64,000 bases of DNA, taken from assembly GCF_003334305.1 (NCBI RefSeq), contig NZ_QOWS01000014.1; one strand, 5' to 3'. The stretch comes from Escherichia coli (GTDB lineage Bacteria; Pseudomonadota; Gammaproteobacteria; Enterobacterales; Enterobacteriaceae). The notes under the pieces are model-generated. The model did not search any database. It worked only from the letters and a program-made list of their open reading frames with translations, and had not been told where the DNA came from. Positions 30,926 to 43,178 of this stretch are shown here, in pieces (position 1 is the first letter of the stretch; each line of letters starts with the position of its first letter). The position numbers and the translations under genes are program-made.

Positions 30926-32827
30926 ATGAAACTACAGAACTCTTTTCGCGACTATACGGCAGAGTCCGCGCTGTTTGTGCGCCGGGCGCTGGTCGCCTTT
31001 TTGGGGATTTTGCTGCTGACCGGCGTGCTTATCGCCAACCTGTATAATCTGCAAATTGTTCGCTTTACCGATTACCAGACCCGCTCTAATGAAAACCGCA
31101 TTAAGCTGGTGCCTATCGCGCCCAGCCGCGGCATTATCTACGACCGTAACGGTATCCCTCTGGCACTCAACCGCACTATCTACCAGATAGAAATGATGCC
31201 GGAGAAAGTCGATAACGTGCAGCAAACGCTGGACGCTTTGCGCAGCGTGGTTGATCTGACCGATGACGATATTGCTGCATTCCGAAAAGAGCGCGCACGT
31301 TCACACCGTTTCACCTCTATTCCCGTGAAAACTAACCTGACCGAAGTACAAGTAGCTCGCTTTGCCGTCAATCAGTACCGTTTTCCGGGTGTCGAAGTTA
31401 AAGGCTATAAACGTCGTTACTATCCTTACGGTTCGGCGTTGACCCACGTCATCGGCTATGTGTCGAAAATCAACGATAAAGACGTCGAACGCCTGAATAA
31501 TGACGGCAAACTGGCCAACTATGCGGCAACGCATGATATCGGTAAGCTGGGCATTGAGCGTTACTATGAAGACGTGCTGCACGGTCAGACCGGTTATGAA
31601 GAGGTTGAAGTTAACAACCGTGGGCGTGTTATCCGCCAGTTAAAAGAAGTACCACCGCAAGCCGGACACGATATTTACCTGACGCTGGATCTCAAACTCC
31701 AGCAATATATTGAAACGCTGCTGGCGGGTAGCCGCGCAGCTGTGGTAGTCACCGATCCGCGTACAGGTGGGGTGCTGGCACTGGTTTCCACGCCTAGTTA
31801 TGACCCAAACCTGTTTGTTGACGGTATCTCCAGCAAAGATTATTCCGCCTTGTTGAACGACCCGAATACACCGCTGGTGAACCGCGCCACACAGGGGGTT
31901 TATCCTCCTGCGTCTACAGTTAAACCCTATGTGGCGGTTTCGGCATTAAGCGCCGGGGTGATCACGCGCAATACGACGCTGTTTGACCCAGGCTGGTGGC
32001 AACTACCAGGGTCGGAAAAACGTTATCGTGACTGGAAAAAATGGGGCCACGGGCGTCTGAATGTCACAAGATCGCTGGAAGAATCTGCGGATACCTTCTT
32101 CTATCAGGTGGCCTACGATATGGGGATCGATCGCCTCTCCGAATGGATGGGTAAATTCGGTTATGGTCATTACACCGGTATCGACCTGGCGGAAGAACGT
32201 TCCGGCAACATGCCTACCCGCGAATGGAAACAGAAACGCTTTAAAAAACCGTGGTATCAGGGTGACACCATTCCGGTTGGTATCGGCCAGGGTTACTGGA
32301 CAGCGACCCCAATCCAGATGAGTAAGGCACTGATGATCCTGATTAATGACGGTATCGTGAAGGTTCCGCATTTGCTGATGAGCACCGCCGAAGACGGCAA
32401 ACAGGTGCCATGGGTACAACCGCATGAACCGCCCGTCGGCGATATTCATTCCGGTTACTGGGAGCTGGCGAAAGACGGTATGTACGGTGTTGCTAACCGC
32501 CCTAACGGTACGGCGCATAAATACTTTGCCAGCGCACCGTACAAAATTGCGGCGAAATCCGGTACCGCTCAGGTCTTCGGTCTGAAAGCGAACGAAACCT
32601 ATAATGCGCACAAAATTGCCGAGCGTTTACGTGACCACAAACTGATGACCGCCTTTGCGCCATACAACAATCCGCAAGTGGCTGTCGCCATGATTCTGGA
32701 GAACGGCGGCGCGGGTCCGGCGGTTGGTACGCTGATGCGTCAGATCCTCGACCACATTATGCTGGGTGATAACAACACCGATCTGCCTGCGGAAAATCCT
32801 GCGGTTGCCGCAGCGGAGGACCATTAA
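30926..32827 (+). CDS. mrdA: Penicillin-binding protein 2 (elongasome transpeptidase)
   Basis: 633 aa; STVK active-site motif. Confidence 0.95.
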   Translation: MKLQNSFRDYTAESALFVRRALVAFLGILLLTGVLIANLYNLQIVRFTDYQTRSNENRIKLVPIAPSRGIIYDRNGIPLALNRTIYQIEMMPEKVDNVQQTLDALRSVVDLTDDDIAAFRKERARSHRFTSIPVKTNLTEVQVARFAVNQYRFPGVEVKGYKRRYYPYGSALTHVIGYVSKINDKDVERLNNDGKLANYAATHDIGKLGIERYYEDVLHGQTGYEEVEVNNRGRVIRQLKEVPPQAGHDIYLTLDLKLQQYIETLLAGSRAAVVVTDPRTGGVLALVSTPSYDPNLFVDGISSKDYSALLNDPNTPLVNRATQGVYPPASTVKPYVAVSALSAGVITRNTTLFDPGWWQLPGSEKRYRDWKKWGHGRLNVTRSLEESADTFFYQVAYDMGIDRLSEWMGKFGYGHYTGIDLAEERSGNMPTREWKQKRFKKPWYQGDTIPVGIGQGYWTATPIQMSKALMILINDGIVKVPHLLMSTAEDGKQVPWVQPHEPPVGDIHSGYWELAKDGMYGVANRPNGTAHKYFASAPYKIAAKSGTAQVFGLKANETYNAHKIAERLRDHKLMTAFAPYNNPQVAVAMILENGGAGPAVGTLMRQILDHIMLGDNNTDLPAENPAVAAAEDH

Positions 32828-32829
32828 TC

Positions 32830-33942
32830 ATGACGGATAATCCGAATAAAAAAACATTCTGGGATAAAGTCCATCTCGATCCCACAATGCTGCTGATTTT
32901 ACTGGCATTGCTGGTTTACAGCGCCCTGGTTATCTGGAGCGCCAGCGGTCAGGATATTGGCATGATGGAGCGTAAAATCGGCCAAATCGCGATGGGTCTA
33001 GTCATCATGGTGGTGATGGCGCAAATTCCTCCACGCGTTTATGAAGGCTGGGCCCCCTATCTCTATATCATCTGTATTATTTTGCTGGTGGCGGTAGATG
33101 CTTTCGGTGCCATCTCTAAAGGTGCTCAACGCTGGCTGGACCTCGGTATTGTTCGTTTTCAGCCGTCGGAAATTGCCAAAATAGCCGTACCACTGATGGT
33201 TGCGCGCTTTATCAACCGCGACGTTTGCCCGCCATCGTTGAAGAACACTGGCATCGCGCTGGTGCTGATATTTATGCCCACGCTGCTGGTGGCTGCACAG
33301 CCTGACCTGGGAACATCAATCCTCGTTGCGCTTTCCGGTCTGTTTGTACTGTTCCTCTCTGGCCTTAGCTGGCGTCTGATTGGCGTCGCAGTAGTGCTGG
33401 TGGCGGCGTTCATTCCGATTCTGTGGTTCTTCCTGATGCATGATTACCAGCGCCAGCGCGTAATGATGCTCCTGGACCCGGAATCAGACCCACTCGGCGC
33501 GGGCTATCACATTATTCAGTCTAAAATTGCTATTGGCTCCGGCGGATTACGCGGCAAAGGCTGGCTGCACGGCACTCAGTCACAGCTTGAATTTCTCCCC
33601 GAACGCCATACCGACTTTATCTTCGCGGTACTGGCGGAAGAGCTGGGATTAGTGGGCATTCTGATTCTGCTCGCTCTCTACATTCTGCTGATCATGCGCG
33701 GGCTGTGGATAGCCGCCAGAGCGCAAACCACCTTTGGTCGCGTCATGGCTGGTGGCTTAATGCTGATATTATTCGTTTATGTCTTCGTAAATATTGGTAT
33801 GGTAAGCGGTATTCTGCCGGTTGTAGGGGTTCCGCTCCCACTGGTCAGTTATGGAGGATCGGCGCTAATTGTGCTGATGGCTGGGTTCGGGATTGTAATG
33901 TCAATCCACACCCACAGGAAAATGTTGTCGAAAAGCGTGTAA
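32830..33942 (+). CDS. mrdB: SEDS-family peptidoglycan glycosyltransferase RodA
   Basis: 370 aa polytopic membrane protein immediately after mrdA. Confidence 0.95.
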   Translation: MTDNPNKKTFWDKVHLDPTMLLILLALLVYSALVIWSASGQDIGMMERKIGQIAMGLVIMVVMAQIPPRVYEGWAPYLYIICIILLVAVDAFGAISKGAQRWLDLGIVRFQPSEIAKIAVPLMVARFINRDVCPPSLKNTGIALVLIFMPTLLVAAQPDLGTSILVALSGLFVLFLSGLSWRLIGVAVVLVAAFIPILWFFLMHDYQRQRVMMLLDPESDPLGAGYHIIQSKIAIGSGGLRGKGWLHGTQSQLEFLPERHTDFIFAVLAEELGLVGILILLALYILLIMRGLWIAARAQTTFGRVMAGGLMLILFVYVFVNIGMVSGILPVVGVPLPLVSYGGSALIVLMAGFGIVMSIHTHRKMLSKSV

Positions 33943-33952
33943 GAGGTGCGCA

Positions 33953-35041
33953 ATGCGTAAGCAGTGGCTCGGGATCTGCATCGCGGCAGGAATGCTCGCG
34001 GCATGTACAAGCGATGATGGTCAGCAACAGACGGTAAGTGTACCGCAGCCTGCGGTATGTAACGGCCCCATAGTTGAAATTAGCGGGGCGGACCCGCGTT
34101 TCGAACCACTGAACGCGACGGCAAATCAGGATTACCAGCGCGACGGTAAAAGCTACAAAATCGTGCAGGATCCGTCTCGATTTAGCCAGGCGGGACTGGC
34201 GGCAATCTATGATGCCGAACCAGGCAGTAACCTGACGGCCTCTGGCGAAGCTTTCGATCCGACACAGCTGACGGCGGCCCATCCAACGCTTCCGATCCCC
34301 AGCTACGCCAGAATCACTAACCTGGCTAACGGGCGAATGATCGTGGTGCGCATTAATGATCGCGGCCCTTACGGCAACGACCGCGTTATTTCGCTTTCTC
34401 GCGCGGCAGCTGACCGTCTTAACACGTCAAACAACACCAAAGTTCGTATCGATCCGATTATTGTCGCCCAGGATGGTTCGCTTTCTGGTCCTGGTATGGC
34501 TTGTACCACAGTCGCCAAACAGACTTACGCCCTGCCTGCACCTCCCGATTTAAGCGGTGGCGCGGGAACAAGTTCAGTGTCTGGCCCGCAGGGTGACATT
34601 CTTCCGGTCAGTAATTCGACGCTAAAAAGCGAAGATCCGACCGGCGCGCCGGTAACCAGTAGCGGTTTCCTCGGCGCACCAACGACCTTAGCGCCTGGTG
34701 TACTGGAAGGCAGCGAACCGACGCCTGCGCCACAGCCCGTTGTTACAGCTCCGTCGACAACGCCTGCAACCTCGCCTGCAATGGTGACACCGCAAGCCGC
34801 CTCGCAAAGCGCCAGCGGCAACTTTATGGTGCAAGTCGGGGCCGTTAGCGATCAGGCTCGTGCGCAACAGTACCAACAGCAACTGGGACAGAAGTTCGGC
34901 GTCCCCGGTCGCGTAACTCAAAATGGCGCGGTCTGGCGGATCCAGCTTGGCCCCTTCGCCAGCAAAGCCGAAGCCAGTACCTTGCAGCAACGTTTGCAAA
35001 CCGAAGCCCAATTACAGTCATTTATTACCACCGCGCAGTAG
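33953..35041 (+). CDS. rlpA: Septal ring lytic transglycosylase RlpA (lipoprotein, C-terminal SPOR domain)
   Basis: 362 aa; lipobox LAACT; Pro/Ala/Thr-rich linker. Confidence 0.95.
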   Translation: MRKQWLGICIAAGMLAACTSDDGQQQTVSVPQPAVCNGPIVEISGADPRFEPLNATANQDYQRDGKSYKIVQDPSRFSQAGLAAIYDAEPGSNLTASGEAFDPTQLTAAHPTLPIPSYARITNLANGRMIVVRINDRGPYGNDRVISLSRAAADRLNTSNNTKVRIDPIIVAQDGSLSGPGMACTTVAKQTYALPAPPDLSGGAGTSSVSGPQGDILPVSNSTLKSEDPTGAPVTSSGFLGAPTTLAPGVLEGSEPTPAPQPVVTAPSTTPATSPAMVTPQAASQSASGNFMVQVGAVSDQARAQQYQQQLGQKFGVPGRVTQNGAVWRIQLGPFASKAEASTLQQRLQTEAQLQSFITTAQ

Positions 35042-35180
35042 CGTAAAGCAGGCATCTGATGTGTCAATTTCTGTAAATGACGTTAACAAAGTCACGCGGA
35101 AAGTCAGATGCCTGCCGGTAGTGCATTTGCTATAGTAGGGCACTTTTTTTAATTCCATCACGGATGTCGTAGTTCAGACC

Positions 35181-36392
35181 ATGAATACCATTTTTTCCGC
35201 TCGTATCATGAAGCGCCTGGCGCTCACCACGGCTCTTTGCACAGCCTTTATCTCTGCTGCACATGCCGATGACCTGAATATCAAAACTATGATCCCGGGT
35301 GTACCGCAGATCGATGCGGAGTCCTACATCCTGATTGACTATAACTCCGGCAAAGTGCTCGCTGAACAGAACGCAGATGTCCGCCGCGATCCTGCCAGCC
35401 TGACCAAAATGATGACCAGTTACGTTATCGGCCAGGCAATGAAAGCCGGTAAATTTAAAGAAACTGATTTAGTCACTATCGGCAACGACGCATGGGCCAC
35501 CGGTAACCCGGTGTTTAAAGGTTCTTCGCTGATGTTCCTCAAACCGGGCATGCAGGTTCCGGTTTCTCAGCTGATCCGCGGTATTAACCTGCAATCGGGT
35601 AACGATGCTTGTGTCGCCATGGCCGATTTTGCCGCTGGTAGCCAGGACGCTTTTGTTGGCTTGATGAACAGCTACGTTAACGCACTGGGCCTGAAAAATA
35701 CCCACTTCCAGACGGTACATGGTCTGGATGCTGATGGTCAGTACAGCTCCGCGCGAGATATGGCGCTGATCGGCCAGGCATTGATCCGTGACGTACCGAA
35801 TGAATACTCGATCTATAAAGAAAAAGAATTTACGTTTAACGGTATTCGCCAGCTGAACCGTAACGGCCTGTTATGGGATAACAGCCTGAATGTCGACGGC
35901 ATCAAAACCGGACACACTGACAAAGCAGGTTACAACCTTGTTGCTTCTGCGACTGAAGGCCAGATGCGCTTGATCTCTGCGGTGATGGGCGGACGTACTT
36001 TTAAAGGCCGTGAAGCCGAAAGTAAAAAACTGCTAACCTGGGGCTTCCGTTTCTTCGAAACCGTTAACCCACTGAAAGTAGGTAAAGAGTTCGCCTCTGA
36101 ACCGGTTTGGTTTGGTGATTCTGATCGCGCTTCGTTAGGTGTTGATAAAGACGTGTACCTGACCATTCCGCGTGGTCGCATGAAAGATCTGAAAGCCAGC
36201 TATGTGCTGAACAGCAGTGAATTGCATGCGCCGCTGCAAAAGAATCAGGTCGTCGGAACTATCAACTTCCAGCTTGATGGCAAAACGATCGAACAACGCC
36301 CGCTGGTTGTGTTGCAAGAAATCCCGGAAGGTAACTTCTTCGGCAAAATCATTGATTACATTAAATTAATGTTCCATCACTGGTTTGGTTAA
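35181..36392 (+). CDS. dacA: D-alanyl-D-alanine carboxypeptidase PBP5
   Basis: 403 aa; SLTK and SGN motifs. Confidence 0.95.
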
Positions 36393-36502
36393 AAATTGAA
36401 CACTTGAAAGTGTAATTTCCGTCCCCATATACTAAGCATCAGTAAAAAAACTCCCGCCTTCTGGCGGGAGTTGCTATTTAATTACGTTACGCCGGAGCTG
36501 AC

Positions 36503-36766
36503 ATGAAAACCAAACTTAACGAACTGCTTGAATTCCCTACTCCTTTTACTTACAAAGTTATGGGGCAGGCGTTACCTGAGCTGGTTGATCAGGTGGTTGA
36601 AGTGGTACAGCGCCATGCGCCAGGTGACTACACCCCAACGGTAAAACCAAGCAGCAAAGGCAACTACCACTCGGTATCTATCACTATCAACGCCACTCAT
36701 ATCGAGCAGGTTGAAACACTGTATGAAGAACTGGGCAAAATCGATATTGTCCGCATGGTTCTGTAA
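36503..36766 (+). CDS. ybeD: UPF0250 protein YbeD
   Basis: 87 aa, position upstream of lipB. Confidence 0.9.
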
Positions 36767-36866
36767 CTCGCTTCTCCGTTACCCGGCTCCTGGTCGGGTA
36801 ACTCCCCTCTCCTCGCTGTGATATACTTTTCCCCCACTTTTACTCATTCTCCACGGAGATGCCGTT

Positions 36867-37508
36867 TTGTATCAGGATAAAATTCTTGTCCGCCAGCTCG
36901 GTCTTCAGCCTTACGAGCCAATCTCCCAGGCTATGCATGAATTCACCGATACCCGCGATGATAGTACCCTTGATGAAATCTGGCTGGTCGAGCACTATCC
37001 GGTATTCACCCAAGGTCAGGCAGGAAAAGCGGAGCACATTTTAATGCCGGGTGATATTCCGGTGATCCAGAGCGATCGCGGTGGGCAGGTGACTTATCAC
37101 GGGCCGGGGCAACAGGTGATGTATGTGTTGCTTAACCTGAAACGCCGTAAACTCGGTGTGCGTGAACTGGTGACCTTGCTTGAGCAAACAGTGGTGAATA
37201 CCCTGGCTGAACTGGGTATAGAAGCGCATCCTCGGGCTGACGCGCCAGGTGTCTATGTTGGGGAAAAGAAAATTTGCTCACTGGGTTTACGTATTCGACG
37301 CGGTTGTTCATTCCACGGTCTGGCATTAAACGTCAATATGGATCTTTCACCATTTTTACGTATTAATCCTTGTGGGTATGCCGGAATGGAAATGGCTAAA
37401 ATATCACAATGGAAACCCGAAGCGACGACTAATAATATTGCTCCACGTTTACTGGAAAATATTTTAGCGCTACTAAACAATCCGGACTTCGAATATATTA
37501 CCGCTTAA
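36867..37508 (+). CDS. lipB: Octanoyltransferase
   Basis: 213 aa; TTG start at 36867. Confidence 0.9.
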
Positions 37509-37766
37509 TTCCATACATCAATGGCCCAATTTACACTGGGTCATTACTCATAATACCTGCTAATACTTTACATCTCCTTCGCGTTTGTATATTTTCTTTA
37601 TCACTTGCAGAAATGCGGTGCCACGCCTTGCTCCGTAACTCACCCCATTGATTAACCTATTGAAATAGTTGATTATGGTGAGCAAAAGCGTTCCGTTCCA
37701 ATTAGACATAAGATTATTGTAATTTTTTAAATATTATTTTTCCATGAATAAAATTGGAGTAAGTGC

Positions 37767-38720
37767 GTGGATAGTAATAATCAAATTGAACCCTGTTTAA
37801 GCAGAAAGTCGTCAGAAGGTAAACCACAAATATTTACAACCTTACGAAATATTGATCTTAACCTTCTGACTATTTTTGAAGCTGTATATGTACATAAAGG
37901 GATCGTTAATGCAGCGAAAGTGCTTAATCTGACCCCCTCGGCAATCAGTCAGTCTATTCAGAAACTGCGCGTTATATTCCCTGACCCATTGTTTATTCGC
38001 AAAGGCCAGGGTGTCACTCCTACCGCATTTGCGATGCATCTACATGAGTATATCACTCAGGGCCTTGAGTCCATTCTTGGCGCGCTGGATATCGAAGGAA
38101 GCTATGATAAGCAACGAACGATAACTATTGCGACCACTCCCTCGGTCGGAGCACTGGTCCTTCCTGTCATCTATCGGGCGATTAAAACTCACTATCCGCA
38201 GCTTTTACTGCGCAACCCGCCCATCAGCGACGCGGAAAACCAACTCAGTCAGTTTCAAACCGATCTCATCATCGATAACATGTTTTGCACCAATCGTACG
38301 GTGCAACATCATGTTCTGTTCACCGACAATATGGTGTTAATTTGCCGCGAGGGAAATCCACTACTCTCTTTAGAAGATGACAGAGAGACTATCGACAACG
38401 CTGCGCATGTACTTCTGTTACCGGAAGAGCAAAATTTCAGCGGTCTGCGGCAGAGAGTTCAAGAAATGTTTCCGGACCGGCAAATCAATTTCACCAGCTA
38501 CAACATTTTGACAATCGCTGCACTGGTTGCCAACAGTGACATGTTAGCGATTATTCCCAGCCGTTTTTATAACCTGTTTAGCCGCTGCTGGCCGCTGGAA
38601 AAACTGCCTTTTCCGTCCTTAAATGAGGAGCAAATAGATTTCTCTATCCACTACAACAAATTCAGCCTGCGTGATCCCATCCTGCACGGAGTAATAGATG
38701 TTATCCGTAATGCATTTTGA
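37767..38720 (+). CDS. ybeF: LysR-family transcriptional regulator
   Basis: 317 aa; GTG start; N-terminal helix-turn-helix region. Confidence 0.85.
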   Translation: MDSNNQIEPCLSRKSSEGKPQIFTTLRNIDLNLLTIFEAVYVHKGIVNAAKVLNLTPSAISQSIQKLRVIFPDPLFIRKGQGVTPTAFAMHLHEYITQGLESILGALDIEGSYDKQRTITIATTPSVGALVLPVIYRAIKTHYPQLLLRNPPISDAENQLSQFQTDLIIDNMFCTNRTVQHHVLFTDNMVLICREGNPLLSLEDDRETIDNAAHVLLLPEEQNFSGLRQRVQEMFPDRQINFTSYNILTIAALVANSDMLAIIPSRFYNLFSRCWPLEKLPFPSLNEEQIDFSIHYNKFSLRDPILHGVIDVIRNAF

Positions 38721-38928
38721 AAAAGTATTGTTACAGCCAGATCACAGCGCAGAACGATAAAATGGCACAATCCAACAACAATTTTACATTTTCGCGACCG
38801 CTTTGGCTGCTTTCAGGTCCGTTTCAATGATATACTGCCAGTCGTTAATTCAAAAATAGTTGATAATTACAACAATCTATTGAATTGAAACGCTTTCCTT
38901 CGTAATTCGCAACTGGAACACGCACGCT

Positions 38929-39894
38929 ATGAGTAAACCCATTGTGATGGAACGCGGTGTTAAATACCGCGATGCCGATAAGATGGCCCTTATCCCGGTT
39001 AAAAACGTGGCAACAGAGCGCGAAGCCCTGCTGCGCAAGCCGGAATGGATGAAAATCAAGCTTCCAGCGGACTCTACACGTATCCAGGGCATCAAAGCCG
39101 CAATGCGCAAAAATGGCCTGCATTCTGTCTGCGAGGAAGCCTCCTGCCCTAACCTGGCGGAATGCTTCAACCACGGCACAGCAACGTTTATGATCCTCGG
39201 CGCTATTTGTACCCGCCGTTGTCCGTTCTGTGATGTTGCCCACGGTCGCCCGGTAGCTCCTGATGCCAATGAACCAGTGAAACTGGCGCAGACCATTGCC
39301 GATATGGCGCTGCGTTATGTGGTTATCACCTCCGTTGACCGTGATGACCTGCGCGATGGCGGTGCCCAGCACTTTGCGGATTGCATTACTGCCATTCGGG
39401 AAAAAAGCCCGCAAATCAAAATTGAAACTCTGGTGCCGGATTTCCGTGGTCGTATGGATCGTGCTCTGGATATTCTGACTGCAACGCCACCAGATGTGTT
39501 CAACCATAACCTGGAAAACGTACCGCGTATTTACCGTCAGGTACGGCCTGGTGCAGATTACAACTGGTCGCTGAAGCTGCTGGAACGCTTTAAAGAAGCG
39601 CATCCGGAAATCCCGACCAAGTCTGGTCTGATGGTGGGACTGGGTGAAACCAATGAAGAAATTATTGAGGTAATGCGCGACCTGCGCCGTCATGGTGTGA
39701 CGATGTTAACGCTGGGGCAATATTTGCAGCCAAGCCGCCATCACCTGCCGGTTCAACGTTACGTTAGCCCGGATGAGTTCGACGAAATGAAAGCCGAAGC
39801 GCTGGCGATGGGCTTTACCCATGCTGCATGCGGTCCGTTTGTCCGCTCTTCTTACCACGCCGATTTGCAGGCGAAAGGGATGGAAGTTAAGTAA
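38929..39894 (+). CDS. lipA: Lipoyl synthase (radical SAM)
   Basis: 321 aa; [12 protein letters not shown] and CTRRCPFC cysteine clusters. Confidence 0.95.
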
Positions 39895-39922
39895 TCCTGT
39901 AATAATTACTTACATCTGTCTG

Positions 39923-39958
39923 ATAAAAAACCCGCTTTTTGAAGCGGGTTTTTTGTAT
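39923..39958. terminator. Bidirectional intrinsic terminator between lipA and tatE
   Basis: AAAAACCCGCTTTTTGAAGCGGGTTTTTT: hairpin flanked by an A-run and a T-run. Confidence 0.8.
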
Positions 39959-39994
39959 CGAACAAGATATTGAGGGAGCGTCCTGCTCGCCACG

Positions 39995-40198
39995 TCACTC
40001 TTTATGAGAGAGCTTTTCAGCCTGAAGATCAACGTCTGCGCCTTTTTTCGCCGCAGCATCGTCATCATTCATCGCCTTCTTGAACCCTTTAATGGCCGCT
40101 CCAAGGTCTCCGCCCAGCGTACGTAACTTCTTAGTCCCAAACAGCAGAACGACCAGCGCCGCAACTACCAGCAGTTTGGTAATACTAATCTCACCCAT
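39995..40198 (-). CDS. tatE: Twin-arginine translocase subunit TatE
   Basis: 67 aa; [26 protein letters not shown] TatA/E-type N-terminus. Confidence 0.95.
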   Translation of the reverse strand: MGEISITKLLVVAALVVLLFGTKKLRTLGGDLGAAIKGFKKAMNDDDAAAKKGADVDLQAEKLSHKE

Positions 40199-40326
40199 AG
40201 ATACCTTCTTGACATATAACCGGCAACAGAACGCGCCTTAAAAACCAGAGAATATTAACGGTCATTCGACGCGCGCACACAATAGCAATCTGTAACAAGG
40301 TGAATCAAGCGCCGAGTAGAAAAACA

Positions 40327-41115
40327 TCATAATAATTGCGGCGGCGCAAAGCGACGGTTGTTTAAGACGGGCAGTTGCGCGCGCACCTGACGCACACGTT
40401 CGGGCGTCACTTCCGCCATAATGAGTGCAGGCATTTCTGACGCTGCCGCAATGGTGACGCCAAAGGGATCTATAATCCGGCTTTGACCGATATTTTTGTT
40501 CCCGCACTCCCCCGCCGCCACCATATAACAGGTGGTATCCAGCGCACGAGCGGCAAGCAACGTTGACCAGTGATGCTCTTTGAGCGGCCCGCGAACCCAG
40601 GCGGCAGGAAGTACCAGGATTTCAGCTCCCTGTAATGCCTGTGCCAGCGCCAGCTCTGGAAAGCGTAAGTCATAACAGGTCATCAGACCGACCTTCATCC
40701 CCTCCACCTCGAGTAACGGAGCGATTTCATTACCAGCATCAACACGGCGTGATTCCTGAATGGCAAATGCATCATAGAGATGCAATTTGGCATAACGGGC
40801 GACGATGTTTCCTGCCTGTAGCGCCACCAGCATATTCCATGCGCGCCCCGGCGTTGAAGGAACATGAATCGTCAGAATTGTCGTCATCATGTTACGTTTA
40901 CTTTCTCGCCGTAAACGTCCGAGGAATTCGCCTTCCAGCAGCTGTGCTGATTTAACCGATAGATCTGCATCATGATCATCGCGCGCCAGCAATGCTTCCG
41001 GCAGGACGAACAGCGATACGTCGTTTTCCGCCGCCTGCGCCATCAACGAGGCACAAATCTCAGCGTTCTTTTCCCACACAGATGTAACAGCAAACTGTCC
41101 TGCGGCAACCAGCAT
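40327..41115 (-). CDS. ybeM: C-N hydrolase (nitrilase superfamily), apparently intact
   Basis: Uninterrupted reading frame of about 262 aa from [10 protein letters not shown]; track ORF extends two codons upstream. Confidence 0.8.
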
Positions 41116-41207
41116 TGCCACCTCCTGTCAGAGTCGTAAAATTCGCCAACGACGATTATTCGGCGTTACACTTATCACTCATACAAATCAAATAGCAGGA
41201 TTTTGCA

Positions 41208-41591
41208 GTGTTACAACTTCTTTTAGCAGTTTTTATTGGCGGTGGTACGGGAAGCGTGGCGAGATGGCTGTTAAGTATGCGATTTAACCCGCTGCATCAG
41301 GCGATTCCGTTGGGGACGCTGGCAGCAAACCTGATTGGGGCATTCATCATAGGAATGGGATTCGCCTGGTTCAGCAGGATGACGAACATTGATCCAGTGT
41401 GGAAAGTATTAATCACCACCGGATTTTGTGGCGGTCTAACAACCTTCTCAACATTTTCGGCAGAAGTGGTGTTTTTGTTACAAGAGGGCCGCTTTGGCTG
41501 GGCGTTACTGAACGTTTTCGTCAACCTTCTGGGGTCTTTTGCCATGACAGCACTGGCTTTCTGGCTGTTTTCGGCCTCAACCGCACACTAA
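41208..41591 (+). CDS. crcB: Fluoride channel
   Basis: 127 aa small membrane protein. Confidence 0.9.
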
Positions 41592-41595
41592 AGAC

Positions 41596-41630
41596 CAAAA
41601 AAAAACCCGCTGATTAAGCGGGTTTTGAAT
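41596..41630. terminator. Hairpin terminator between crcB and cspE
   Basis: aaacccgct-gatt-aagcgggtttt with an A-run upstream and T-run downstream. Confidence 0.7.
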
Positions 41631-41645
41631 TCTTGCTGACGTATC

Positions 41646-41855
41646 TTACAGAGCGATTACGTTTGCAGCAGAAGGGCCTTTGGCACCGTTAGTGATTTCG
41701 AACTCTACGCGCTGACCTTCAGCAAGAGTTTTAAAACCATTAGTCTGGATTGCAGAGAAGTGTACGAACACGTCTTTGCTGCCGTCTTCCGGAGTAATGA
41801 AACCGAATCCTTTGGACTCATTAAACCACTTAACGTTACCTTTAATCTTAGACAT
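41646..41855 (-). CDS. cspE: Cold-shock domain protein
   Basis: Internal start gives [20 protein letters not shown], 69 aa. Confidence 0.95.
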
Positions 41856-42029
41856 CAAAATTACCTTTACATGAAAAATAGACACAAATGCTGTGTCGGT
41901 TACCAGTACACCAATTGTGGTACGCTTTGTCCAGTGCAACTTTACTAAAAAGTGATAAAAGTCGCGTTATTTTTGATGTTACTTATTTTAGCTATTGATT
42001 TTAAAGAAGTTACTAAAACTTCATTTGTC

Positions 42030-42590
42030 TCAAAACTGAAAGCGCATCCAGGCAAAGTACACATTGCCATTGTTGTAGGTACCCGGAATGTAGGTCATCT
42101 GAAAAGTCACTGGGCCATAACCCACGGAGGCCAATGGCAGTAGAACCGGGAGAGGGATGTAATTCCAGTTATCGCGTGCCGTTACGCCAGCGGTGAATCC
42201 CAGACCTAAATGAAAATTTTCATCCGCCAGCGGTCGCCAGGTACTTTCCCATCCGTATCCGGCAATCGGTTCCCATTTGTTCCACGAGTCCTTAAATGCC
42301 ATGGCATACAGGCCATGCCAGTTTCCTTTTTCATCCCAACGCGACAGGCCAAAACCGCCACCCCACGGTCGCTCGTTATAGCGATCGGTTTTTTCTTTGT
42401 CGTAAGCGAAACGTGCATGCCAGGTGATGGCAGGAATATATAAATCATAATGTTCAGGCTGTTGCCAGGTTTGTGCAATATTTTCTCTAAACGTTGTCAT
42501 CCACTCATCTGCGTTAGCAAAAACTTTACCAACGCTGATTAACTGAATAAAAACAAAGGAAAAGATAGCGACATATTTACTCACGTTCAT
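42030..42590 (-). CDS. pagP: Lipid A palmitoyltransferase (outer membrane)
   Basis: Internal start gives [25 protein letters not shown], 186 aa. Confidence 0.9.
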   Translation of the reverse strand: MNVSKYVAIFSFVFIQLISVGKVFANADEWMTTFRENIAQTWQQPEHYDLYIPAITWHARFAYDKEKTDRYNERPWGGGFGLSRWDEKGNWHGLYAMAFKDSWNKWEPIAGYGWESTWRPLADENFHLGLGFTAGVTARDNWNYIPLPVLLPLASVGYGPVTFQMTYIPGTYNNGNVYFAWMRFQF

Positions 42591-43178
42591 TTGTGACCAT
42601 AAAACATTTATCAAAAATCTACTACTAGCATAGCAAAGCTACAATTAACATAACCTTAATAGACCCAACATAAAGAATAATCTGAATAGCTGCTCTATTT
42701 ATTTCCGCTTGTTCAAGTTAAATATTTCCGCGCATCGATTAAAGATGATGCGTCGTTTTCTGCGATGGGAATAGTCAAAAAAGAAAAACCAAGTCTTTTT
42801 TGATGACAAAATGCAATCAAGGAAAAATTATTTTATTTTTTAACTAGATACAACAATCATCTTAACGAAGTATATAATATAAATCGTCAACCTATGCTCA
42901 TGTTAGATTATTTTTTGAGCGCACAGCCGCAGCTAACACCATTGCAATTAACAAATTTGCATCAATCCACCATCAATTTACACACATTATTATGTGATAA
43001 TTGCCAACCGCTAAATATGCGTTTTGTTATCTATGTATAAAAACAGCAACTTCAATGTCTTAATGGCAGTTTTTCTTGATTTTAATCAGCATTCATCGCC
43101 AATTTATTGGGCATATTTTTTCCTTAAGCTTTAGGAATTTTTTATTATTTACTTTGGGGCCTGGAGACAGGAAAAATT

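Noticed and set aside
32003-32611. 202-aa minus-strand ORF
   Set aside because: Antisense to mrdA.
38845-39693. 282-aa minus-strand ORF
   Set aside because: Antisense to lipA.
42615-43178. 564-bp AT-rich spacer between pagP and dcuC as a possible hidden small gene or sRNA
   Set aside because: No ORF with a ribosome-binding site and no terminator-like hairpin; consistent with two divergent promoter regions.
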